DNA of 24,000 nucleotides from an uncultured Opitutaceae bacterium (GCA_964471615.1 CAYYGV010000007.1:33473-57472), one strand, 5' to 3'. Positions 15,701 to 21,998 are shown, counted from the first letter of the stretch. The notes: generated by a model not told the origin, from the sequence alone. A program made the numbers and translations.

Positions 15701-15726
15701 GACGGACTTGCCCGCAAGTTATTCCC
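15701..15726 (-). promoter_or_regulatory. ECF-type promoter motif P6 (GGGAAT-N16-CGTC) upstream of the histidine kinase
   Basis: The minus strand reads GGGAAT AACTTGCGGGCAAGTC CGTC. The spacer itself holds a perfect palindrome, ACTTGC-GG-GCAAGT. The kinase ATG lies 56 nt downstream of the CGTC. Confidence 0.55.
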
Positions 15727-15783
15727 TCCACCTGGTCGCGAATCCGCTTGCGGACCGGAGACGCTTCGACCCACCCGAAGTCG

Positions 15784-16227
15784 TCACGAAGCGTGGTCGC
15801 GTCCGAGATGGTTTTCGAGCCGGGCCTGCATCAGGCTGATCAAGCCGGCAACGCCGCCGACCGAGCGGATTTCATCGGCCCCGATCAGCGTTTCGCAATG
15901 CCCGGCCTCTTCGATCAGGATCGCCGGCAGCGCGGTCTCTGCGAGAGCCGGATAACTGGCGCGGAATTGGTCGCGGTGAAGAAAACGCCGCTGGCAAGGG
16001 AGCCTCTCCAAGAAGGTGCGCCACGGCACCAACATGCCGGTGAGGCCAAAAGTAGCGCGACAGAGTGCGCATTGAAACGAACCCGGCTGAAATGCCTTGT
16101 GCGCCCAGCCGCTGACCGCGTTGAAGAGACCGCTGTCTTCGTTGTAAACGAGGATGATCCGGTCGGCGCGCACGGAGGGGAAGACAACGCCACGCTCAGG
16201 CCGGGAGCGGCGTCCAGGCCCGTCCAT
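15784..16227 (-). CDS. Hypothetical protein with a CxxC motif
   Basis: 147 aa (…IILVYNEDSGLFNAVSGWAHKAFQPGSFQCALCRATFGLTGMLVPWRTFLERLPC...). The start overlaps the 3' end of the upstream CMD gene by 32 nt. I recognise no family; a thioredoxin-like fold is only a guess. Confidence 0.45.
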   Translation of the reverse strand: MDGPGRRSRPERGVVFPSVRADRIILVYNEDSGLFNAVSGWAHKAFQPGSFQCALCRATFGLTGMLVPWRTFLERLPCQRRFLHRDQFRASYPALAETALPAILIEEAGHCETLIGADEIRSVGGVAGLISLMQARLENHLGRDHAS

Positions 16228-16774
16228 TGAACACCTCGTCCACCGGCGTTACGAAGACGTGATTGGCGTAGTTGCTGAAAGTTTTTACCCCGATAGCCAG
16301 GATGATAGCGAGGACTTGGTGCTCGCTGAAACCGGCCGCGAGAAAGGCGCGTGCCGCTTCGGTGGTCGGCCGCCCGCGAGTGCGCACCATGTGCCGGGTA
16401 AAATCCGCGAGCGCCGCCAGTTTCGGTTCGGAAGGCAAACGGCCGGCGCGCAGGGCCTCGGTCGCGTCGATTGGCACCTTGGACATCTTGTCGGCGAGAA
16501 AACTGTGCGCCGCCATGCAATAGTCGCAGCCGTTCTCAAAACTGATGGCCAGGAACACCACCTCCTGTTCCGCCGGAGTGAAGCCGGAGCCGGTGCGGAA
16601 GCGTTCATAGCCGAGCTGGTAGGTCTCCAGCAGGCCGGGCGAATTCACCATCGCTCCATACATGTTGGGCACGAACCCGAGTTTCTTCTGGGCGGTTTCG
16701 AGCAGCGGCGCGCCCTGGGCGGACGCTGAAGCGACAGTGAGGAGGGGAAGGTTGATTTTACAGGCTTCGTTCAT
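16196..16774 (-). CDS. Carboxymuconolactone decarboxylase (CMD) / AhpD-like family protein
   Basis: 192 aa. FVPNMYGAMVNSPGLLETY, EQEVVFLAISFENGCDYCMAAHS and HQVLAILAIGVKTFSNYANH are typical of the AhpD-like CMD family with its CxxC redox motif. Confidence 0.8.
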   Translation of the reverse strand: MNEACKINLPLLTVASASAQGAPLLETAQKKLGFVPNMYGAMVNSPGLLETYQLGYERFRTGSGFTPAEQEVVFLAISFENGCDYCMAAHSFLADKMSKVPIDATEALRAGRLPSEPKLAALADFTRHMVRTRGRPTTEAARAFLAAGFSEHQVLAIILAIGVKTFSNYANHVFVTPVDEVFNGRAWTPLPA

Positions 16775-16860
16775 GATGAAAGTCGGTCAGGCGGTTTGTT
16801 TCGGCTGCGTAGCCGGTCAGGGCGTAAAATGACGGTCGAGTTGATTGCGGTAGCGGACGG

Positions 16861-17229
16861 TTATTGCCCGCTGCTTGCCGTGGGCGAAACCTCGACGACA
16901 CAGTTGCACCAGCCCCAGGGGTTCGGTTTGTAAGCGCAGGCGTGGGGATCGTCGCTCCAGACGCCATCAGCGATGAAGCGGTATTCGTGGTGCCCGGGAG
17001 CGAGAGGCAAACGTAAGCGCCAGTTTCCCTCGGCATCGCGCTGCATGAGCAGGCTCTCGGGATTCCAATCGTTGAAACTGCCGGCGAGAAAGACCTGCCG
17101 GGCGTTGGGAGCGTGATAACAGAATTCGGTTTCCGGAGGCGGACCTCCTTCGGCTGGAGCGGGCTTGGCCTTGCGCGGCCGGTGGCGGTGAGAGCGCGCC
17201 GCACCGGCGGGCGCAAGTTGGTCGTTCAT
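16861..17229 (-). CDS. Stand-alone CBM48 / AMPK-beta glycogen-binding-domain-like (E-set) protein
   Basis: 122 aa. FCYHAPNARQVFLAGSFNDWNPESLLMQRDAEGNWRLRLPLAPGHHEYRFIADGVWSDDPHA is the classic CBM48 / isoamylase N-terminal pattern. The N-terminal 35 aa are basic and Pro-rich. Confidence 0.75.
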   Translation of the reverse strand: MNDQLAPAGAARSHRHRPRKAKPAPAEGGPPPETEFCYHAPNARQVFLAGSFNDWNPESLLMQRDAEGNWRLRLPLAPGHHEYRFIADGVWSDDPHACAYKPNPWGWCNCVVEVSPTASSGQ

Positions 17230-17237
17230 GCCATTGA

Positions 17238-17263
17238 GACGGCGACACGCGGCATCTATTCCC
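17238..17263 (-). promoter_or_regulatory. ECF-type promoter motif P7 (GGGAAT-N16-CGTC) upstream of the CBM48 gene
   Basis: The minus strand reads ccGGGAAT AGATGCCGCGTGTCGC CGTC TCAATGGC ATG. The ATG (17229) begins 12 nt after the first base of CGTC. The motif fills the 43-nt gap after the CopZ-like gene. Confidence 0.6.
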
Positions 17264-17272
17264 GGCGGATTA

Positions 17273-17821
17273 TCAGCCGGCTGAAGCGCCGGCCGGTTTT
17301 CCGGATGGCGATCGGCCGATTTCCTGGAGGTGCGCGCCGGATTTGGAGGCCGCCGCCAGCTCGCGTTTGACCGCGGAGGTGACGTTGGCCATGCAACAGG
17401 AGCCTTGCGGATTGCGAATTTCGCAGGCGCAGCGATCCGCCTTCATTTCGGCCGCGATGCGCTGCGGGATCGTGCAACCGCCGGTAGCCGCGATTTCCTC
17501 CCGCACCATCGCCGTGTCGAAGCCGAAGCAATAACACAACCGGGGATTGGCGTGGTTCTTCACCGTCGGCACCTGTCGCACGTCGTCCAAGGTCAGGGTC
17601 TTGCCGGCCGCGTTGAAATAAACCACCGGGCATTCGGGTGAGCGGCAGAAGGCAAACGGGCCGGACTCGACAGCCGTCAGGTGGGCCGGCTTCACCTGAT
17701 GCTTCAGAGTGAGCAGCGAGACGGTTTTGCCGGGCTGACTGCATCGCGGGCAAGGTGCGGGGGTCGAAGCGCGAGGCGGCACAGGAACGGTTGCGGGAGA
17801 GGGAGAGCAACAATCAGACAT
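17273..17821 (-). CDS. Cys-rich metallochaperone-like protein resembling the CopZ N-terminal Zn/[2Fe-2S] domain
   Basis: The internal ATG at 17821 gives MSDCCSPSP...; 182 aa. CPRCSQPGKTVSLLTLKH......FAFCRSPECPVVYFN is followed by RLCYCFGFDTAMVREEIAATGGCTIPQRIAAEMKADRCACEIRNPQGSCC. This matches my memory of the Cys pattern of the archaeal CopZ N-terminal domain and the bacterial 'putative iron-sulfur cluster-binding metallochaperone' proteins. It starts 8 nt after the merT::HMA stop. Confidence 0.65.
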   Translation of the reverse strand: MSDCCSPSPATVPVPPRASTPAPCPRCSQPGKTVSLLTLKHQVKPAHLTAVESGPFAFCRSPECPVVYFNAAGKTLTLDDVRQVPTVKNHANPRLCYCFGFDTAMVREEIAATGGCTIPQRIAAEMKADRCACEIRNPQGSCCMANVTSAVKRELAAASKSGAHLQEIGRSPSGKPAGASAG

Positions 17822-17829
17822 CGTTGGGA

Positions 17830-18417
17830 TTAGTTGATGGTGGAGCGGTCGGCCGGGAAGCCGCTGGCGTCGATGAGCGCGAGCAGTTTCTCGCGGCTGG
17901 TAATCGACGGATCGTAAACCAGAACCGCTTCCTTGGAACCATAGTCCACTGCCGCCTGCTTCACGCCCGGGGCGTGGCGAAGGGAAGCCTCGATGCCCGC
18001 CGCGCACGGTGGGCAATCCATCGACGGGATGAGCACGGTGAGCCTGGCGTCACTGGCGGCGACCGTCGCCACGTTGATCCTGTGATTCGCGACAGGCAGC
18101 GACGGATAGATGGCCGCCGCGAGTGCCACCATCGTGCCCAGCCAGAGCCCGATGCGCGCGGCTTTGCCAGGCGGCCGGGCGCAGGAGCCGTCCTCGCAGC
18201 CCGCTTTCGGCCGGCGGTAGGTGAGAAACCAAGCCAGCCCGAGAAACACGAGCGTCGCGCCGAGCAGGACTGGCCGCCACGTGGCGAACCACGCCGACGC
18301 GGCGAAGCTGCCGAGCCCGAGGCTGAGCGACAGCAGAGGCCCGATGCAGCACACGGAGGCGGCAATGCCGGCGACGACACCGCCGGCGAGAGTCCAGGAG
18401 CAACCGGGCTTTTTCAT
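17830..18417 (-). CDS. merT: MerT-like mercuric ion transporter fused to a C-terminal heavy-metal-associated (MerP-like) domain
   Basis: 195 aa. TM1 carries the vicinal cysteine pair (AGIAASVCCIGPLLSLSLG). The loop cysteine pair is GCEDGSC. The C-terminal HMA fold reads ARLTVLIPSMDCPPCAAGIEASLRHAPGVKQAAVDYGSKEAVLVYD. Its metal site is MDCPPC rather than the canonical GMTCxxC. Confidence 0.8.
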   Translation of the reverse strand: MKKPGCSWTLAGGVVAGIAASVCCIGPLLSLSLGLGSFAASAWFATWRPVLLGATLVFLGLAWFLTYRRPKAGCEDGSCARPPGKAARIGLWLGTMVALAAAIYPSLPVANHRINVATVAASDARLTVLIPSMDCPPCAAGIEASLRHAPGVKQAAVDYGSKEAVLVYDPSITSREKLLALIDASGFPADRSTIN

Positions 18418-18423
18418 GGCGGG

Positions 18424-18455
18424 AGGCTACACCCTGTAGTATGGTATAAGGTCAA
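18424..18455. promoter_or_regulatory. Divergent merR / merT promoter-operator region
   Basis: The minus strand has TTGACC (18455-18450), a 20-nt spacer and TAGCCT (18429-18424). That over-long spacer is typical of MerR-family promoters and puts the transcription start at about the merT ATG (18417). Dyads in or overlapping the spacer are a perfect CTACA-N3-TGTAG (18427-18439) and an imperfect 8-6-8 ACCTTATA/TACAGGGT (18431-18452). The plus strand has an extended -10-like TGGTATAAG (18442-18450) upstream of merR. Confidence 0.45.
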
Positions 18456-18465
18456 GAAACCGCTC

Positions 18466-18858
18466 ATGACTATAGGAGAACTTGCCCGCCGCGCCGGAGT
18501 AAACGCGCAGACCGTCCGCTACTACGAGCGTGAGGGCCTGCTGCCCGAGCCTCATCGTTGGCCGGATTCGGGCTATCGCGATTTCGACGACGAGGCGGTC
18601 CAACGCCTGCGGTTCATCCGCTCCGCCAAAGACCTCGGGTTCACGCTCCGGGAGATCAAGGACCTGCTCGAAATGCGCGTCCTGCCGGGGGAGTCGTGCG
18701 CTGAGGTCCGCCATCTGATCGGTGCCAAGCTCGCCGATCTCGACCGGCGGGTGAAGGAAATGCGCCGGTTGCGCCGGGCGTTGGTCAAAATGGACGAGGC
18801 GTGCCGACGGCGCGCCGACCCCCGAAGCTGTCCAGCGCTGTGGGCGCTCGAACGGTAA
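18466..18858 (+). CDS. merR: MerR-family Hg(II)-type metalloregulator
   Basis: The internal ATG at 18466; 130 aa. The HTH is MTIGELARRAGVNAQTVRYYEREGLLPEP. The three cysteines are placed as in Tn501 MerR (from memory): GESCAEV, then C-x8-C in EACRRRADPRSCPAL (compare CHARKGNVSCP). The 367-aa track ORF is an artefactual upstream extension antisense to merT. Confidence 0.85.
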   Translation: MTIGELARRAGVNAQTVRYYEREGLLPEPHRWPDSGYRDFDDEAVQRLRFIRSAKDLGFTLREIKDLLEMRVLPGESCAEVRHLIGAKLADLDRRVKEMRRLRRALVKMDEACRRRADPRSCPALWALER

Positions 18859-18972
18859 TCGGGCCGGCGGGTGGACGTGGTATCGTTCTAGGTCGGCCGC
18901 AGGTAGATGGTCGCCGCGTCCGCAGTTCCTGGTCGATCCAGATGGCCGCGGACGAAGCGTAGCAAGAAACCG

Positions 18973-18998
18973 TGGAATATCTCAGCGCGCCCGGTGTC
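18973..18998 (+). promoter_or_regulatory. Near-match to the recurrent ECF promoter motif (P8): tGGAAT-N16-TGTC
   Basis: The sequence is tggaat atctcagcgcgcccgg tgtc ccatgactg ATG. The ATG of the small ORF (19008) begins exactly 13 nt after the first base of the -10 element, the same offset as at P1 and P2. Confidence 0.4.
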
Positions 18999-19007
18999 CC
19001 ATGACTG

Positions 19008-19163
19008 ATGGGATCACAACTCCAGACCTATGTCGCGCTGGCCATCGTCCTGCTGGCTGCGGTGGGGTTGATTCGCCGTTTTTGGGGCGGCGGAAAAAAG
19101 CCTGGATGTGGCGGCGGCTGTGGCTGTTCCGCCGACGAATTCAAGAAGAAGTTGAGAAGTTGA
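19008..19163 (+). CDS. Small Cys-rich membrane peptide (FeoB-associated Cys-rich / 'p12'-like), absent from the ORF track
   Basis: My own translation gives MGSQLQTYVALAIVLLAAVGLIRRFWGGGKKPGCGGGCGCSADEFKKKLRS (51 aa). It has one TM helix, a basic stretch, then a CGGGCGC cluster, which is the layout I remember for FeoB-associated Cys-rich membrane proteins. GC3 is moderately high. The stop lies 5 nt from the convergent AhpD-like stop. Confidence 0.5.
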   Translation: MGSQLQTYVALAIVLLAAVGLIRRFWGGGKKPGCGGGCGCSADEFKKKLRS

Positions 19164-19168
19164 CCGCG

Positions 19169-19738
19169 TTAGCCCGCAGCCGGTGGCGGCGGGTGGCGCA
19201 GGATGTCGGCCAGCGCGCCGTATCCAGCCTCGGAAGCCAGCCGTTGCGACGAGATTTGATAGTAATCCGGCGAGGCGGAAATGCCCAGGCCATCGACAAT
19301 GCGGTTCATGCAATTGAACAGGGCGCAGATGACGACGGCATCGTGCAAGGCGCGTTCGTCCCAGCCGGCGGCGAAAACCTCGGCCGCGTCCGCCTCGGTC
19401 ATCCGGGCGGGCGATTCGGTCAATTTGCGCGCGTAACGGAATACCGGTTTCAGTTTCTCCGGCACCGGCGCGGCCGGAAGATTATCCAGCAGTTGCGAGA
19501 GGGTTGATTCCTCAACGCCGAACCGACGGGCCGTGGCCTGGTGGACGCCGGCGCAATAGCGACATGAATTCACGCCCGACACATAGGCGGCGAGCAGTTC
19601 GCGCTCGGCTACCGTGAAGGGCGAGTCTCCGCGCAGCAGTTGCTGATGAAATTCGATCAGCGGCGCGTAGAGCCGGGGATAATGCTGGAAAACCTCCAGC
19701 AGGCGCGCCGCGCCGGGCAGGTCTTTGCAGTAGGCCAT
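19169..19738 (-). CDS. AhpD-like 'peroxidase-related' CMD-domain protein (candidate arsenosugar-associated peroxidase-like protein)
   Basis: 189 aa. ERELLAAYVSGVNSCRYCAGVHQATA carries the CxxC. KLKPVFRYARKLTESPARMTEADAAEVFAAGWDERALHDAVVICALFNCMNRIVDGLG is typical of the peroxidase-related enzyme subfamily. Confidence 0.75.
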   Translation of the reverse strand: MAYCKDLPGAARLLEVFQHYPRLYAPLIEFHQQLLRGDSPFTVAERELLAAYVSGVNSCRYCAGVHQATARRFGVEESTLSQLLDNLPAAPVPEKLKPVFRYARKLTESPARMTEADAAEVFAAGWDERALHDAVVICALFNCMNRIVDGLGISASPDYYQISSQRLASEAGYGALADILRHPPPPAAG

Positions 19739-19782
19739 GCAAGCGTTTTGAGACGGACGTCGCGGGGTCGCAACCTTGGCGC

Positions 19783-20292
19783 TCAGAGCAGCGGTTTGAT
19801 GGCGCGCTCGAACTCCTCCTTCTCGGTGTAGCCAACATGCGTGGCGACGAGTCGTCCGTGACGATCGACGATGAACGTCGAGGGCACGGCCTCGATGCCG
19901 CCAAAGGCCCGGGCAACGGCCTCGTCGCCCATCACGACCGGGTAGTTCATGCCGAACCGCCGCATGAATTCCCTAACCGGTCCGGTGCCGCCCTGGTCCA
20001 GCGAAACCCCGACAACGACCAGACCCCGGTCGCCGTAGGCCTTCTGCAGTTCGACGAACCCGGGAATTTCCGCCCGGCAGGGTGGGCACCACGTGGCCCA
20101 GAAATCGAGGATCACCACTTTGCCGGCATACTGGCTGGACGAAACTGTCCGGCCATCCAGATCCTTCAGCTCCCAGGCAGGGGCCGGGCTGGCGGTCTGT
20201 GCCGGACTGTCGTTGGAAGGATTTGCGCGGGCGAAAAGGGCGATGGCGGCGATGGCCGCACCGGCAAGAAGGAATGAGGCGTATTTCCACAT
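19783..20292 (-). CDS. TlpA-family periplasmic thiol:disulfide oxidoreductase
   Basis: The internal ATG at 20292 gives MWKYASFLLAGAAIAAIALFARA (signal/anchor); 169 aa. GKVVILDFWATWCPPCRAEIPGF and VVGVSLD are thioredoxin-fold TlpA/ResA hallmarks. The 397-aa track ORF is an artefactual extension antisense to the GT2 gene. Confidence 0.85.
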   Translation of the reverse strand: MWKYASFLLAGAAIAAIALFARANPSNDSPAQTASPAPAWELKDLDGRTVSSSQYAGKVVILDFWATWCPPCRAEIPGFVELQKAYGDRGLVVVGVSLDQGGTGPVREFMRRFGMNYPVVMGDEAVARAFGGIEAVPSTFIVDRHGRLVATHVGYTEKEEFERAIKPLL

Positions 20293-20302
20293 AATGTGTT
20301 TC

Positions 20303-20328
20303 GACGGCGCTGGCGGGTTCTTATTCCC
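20303..20328 (-). promoter_or_regulatory. ECF-type promoter motif P4 (GGGAAT-N16-CGTC) upstream of the tlpA-like gene
   Basis: The minus strand reads ccGGGAAT AAGAACCCGCCAGCGC CGTC GAAAC ACATT ATG. The ATG (20292) begins 14 nt after the first base of CGTC. Confidence 0.6.
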
Positions 20329-20359
20329 GGCGGGGAATTGAAGGTTGTGATATTCGAAC

Positions 20360-20385
20360 GGGAATTTATACAGCCGATGGGCGTC
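20360..20385 (+). promoter_or_regulatory. ECF-type promoter motif P3 (GGGAAT-N16-CGTC) upstream of the GT2 gene
   Basis: The sequence is gggaat ttatacagccgatggg cgtc acaac. The GT2 ATG (20408) lies 26 nt after the first base of CGTC. A weaker upstream copy, GGAAT (20334-20338)-N16-CGAA, sits back-to-back with the -35 element of P4 and creates the ATTCCC-GGCG-GGGAAT inverted repeat at 20323-20338. Confidence 0.55.
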
Positions 20386-20407
20386 ACAACAAGACCCCAC
20401 CGATTGC

Positions 20408-21160
20408 ATGGCATCCGTTAACGACCGTTCCCATCCTCCTGTGACCTGTGTGTCCGTCATTGTGCCGACGTGGAACGAGGAACGGGGCCTGGCAGAGTGC
20501 CTGCGGTCGGTCGGGGCTGATCGACCCGGCGTGGAGGTGATTGTTGTCGATAGCGGCAGCACGGATCGCACTGCGGAAATCGCGGCTGGCTTTGGTGTGC
20601 GCCTGATCGCCTCTCCACTCAGGCAGCGTGCCGCGCAGCTCGACTTGGGGGTGCAGTCGGCTCGCGGCGAGGTTCTGCTTTTTCTGCATGCCGATACGTT
20701 GCTGCCCCGTGGCTGGGATGAGGCGCTTCGGCGGATGCTCGATGCCGATCCCGACACCCTTGGTGGCGCGTTTCGGCGGCGGTTCGACCATCCCTCCCTG
20801 TGGCTGCGCTGCACCTGCGCGCTGGCCGATTGGCGCGGCCGGATCTGGGGCTGTTTTCTTGGCGACCAGGCCATGTTCATCCGCACGGCGACGTTCTGGT
20901 CGCTGGGCGGTTTCCGGCCCCTCGATCGGTGCGAGGACCTCGACCTGTCGCTGCGGATGGCCCGGGCGGGGCGCACGCGAATGGTTGCCTCGCCGGTGGT
21001 GTCCTCCGGCCGGCGATTCCTGGCGCGCGGTCCATTTCGTCAGACCTGGGTGGATTTCGCGACCGCCTGGCGGTTTATCCGCCACCAGCCCGCCGCGGTA
21101 GTTCCCGTGGCGTCTCCTCCGGTTTCGGCGCCGCGCCACGAGTCCGCGCCCGTGGCGTGA
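20408..21160 (+). CDS. Family-2 glycosyltransferase, TIGR04283-like (partner family of TIGR04282 in ArsS-type clusters)
   Basis: 250 aa. VSVIVPTWNEERGLAECLRSV, VEVIVVDSGSTDRTAEIA, LLFLHADTLLP and CEDLDLSLRM form a GT-A fold with a DxD-like motif. The family assignment is from memory of TIGRFAM naming. Confidence 0.75.
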   Translation: MASVNDRSHPPVTCVSVIVPTWNEERGLAECLRSVGADRPGVEVIVVDSGSTDRTAEIAAGFGVRLIASPLRQRAAQLDLGVQSARGEVLLFLHADTLLPRGWDEALRRMLDADPDTLGGAFRRRFDHPSLWLRCTCALADWRGRIWGCFLGDQAMFIRTATFWSLGGFRPLDRCEDLDLSLRMARAGRTRMVASPVVSSGRRFLARGPFRQTWVDFATAWRFIRHQPAAVVPVASPPVSAPRHESAPVA

Positions 21161-21183
21161 CCCGACCAAGACCAAGCTCCCTT

Positions 21184-21954
21184 ATGATTGGCTACCTCGT
21201 TGGTTCAGGATTCTACGATCAACCCGGCTTCGCACCCTCGGAGGTCGAGACCCGCCACGGTCGCGTTACGGTCTGGCGCGGTCAGGTCGGCGGACCGGTC
21301 GCGCTTATCTCCCGGCATGGCGCGGGACACGCGCGTCTTTCCCACCAGGTCAACCACCGGGCGAATCTGCTTGCGTTGAAACAGCTGGGGGCGAGCGCCG
21401 TGGTCTCGTGTTCCGTCTGCGGTGTCGTTCGGAACGATTGGCCCATCGGCGGACCATTGCTGGCGTCGGAAATGTATTTTCCGTCCAACCGGCTGCCCGG
21501 CGGCGAACTCTGCACCGTATTTGACCAGCCCGGCGAAACGGGCCGGGGCCATCTGATCGCCGGCTCCTTGATCGATGGCGCTCTGAGTGCCGCAATCGAG
21601 CAGGTCTGGCGCCGTCAGGGCTTGGCTCCGCAGATCGGCACCTACGGGCATGTGGACGGACCGCGTCTCAACACCAAATCGGAAATCAAGGCCCTGCGCG
21701 CCGCCGGCGTCGACTTCATCTCCCAAACCTGCGGTCCGGAGGCGGTCCTGGCCAACGAGCTGGAACTGCCCTACGCGCTCGCGGCTTTTGGCGTCGATCA
21801 TGCCAACGGCGTGGTGACGCCGCCGACTCCGTCGGAAGTGCTCAAAAACAATCTGACCGCCGCCACGCAGGCCTTTAGATCGTTGATCGAAGCGCTGGCC
21901 GAGCCGGCGGGAGGATTCCAGTTCGCCAATTTCGTCTACCGCTTCGGACCCTGA
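21184..21954 (+). CDS. MTAP-family (PNP/UDP_1 fold) nucleoside phosphorylase
   Basis: The internal ATG at 21184; 256 aa. MIGYLVGSGFY, ALISRHGAGHARLSHQVNHRANLLALKQLGASAVVSCSVCG, YGHVDGPRLNTKSEIKALRAAGVDFISQTCGPEAVLANELELPYA and DHANG match the methylthioadenosine phosphorylase family pattern. Confidence 0.8.
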   Translation: MIGYLVGSGFYDQPGFAPSEVETRHGRVTVWRGQVGGPVALISRHGAGHARLSHQVNHRANLLALKQLGASAVVSCSVCGVVRNDWPIGGPLLASEMYFPSNRLPGGELCTVFDQPGETGRGHLIAGSLIDGALSAAIEQVWRRQGLAPQIGTYGHVDGPRLNTKSEIKALRAAGVDFISQTCGPEAVLANELELPYALAAFGVDHANGVVTPPTPSEVLKNNLTAATQAFRSLIEALAEPAGGFQFANFVYRFGP

Positions 21955-21998
21955 AGCCAGTTCCGGGGTTCGTTATTTGCGCCATTCGCATGAGTAGC

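Noticed and set aside
14296-16230. 644-aa plus-strand ORF, the longest in the window.
   Set aside because: It is antisense to the well-supported histidine kinase and the CxxC-protein gene. The translation is low-complexity and Arg/Gly/Pro-rich with no recognisable motifs. This is a typical shadow ORF in GC-rich DNA.
17755-18465. Long N-terminal extensions offered by the ORF track for several genes. Examples are merR as 367 aa, tlpA as 397 aa (19783-20976), MTAP as 384 aa (20800-), arsS as 440 aa (10284-), the 5368 membrane protein as 355 aa (4891-) and the peroxiredoxin-like gene as 257 aa (13384-).
   Set aside because: The extensions run through neighbouring genes or antisense to them and lack homology-like sequence. 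Internal ATGs give proper N-termini (HTH, signal peptides, ATGA coupling, promoter motifs directly upstream).
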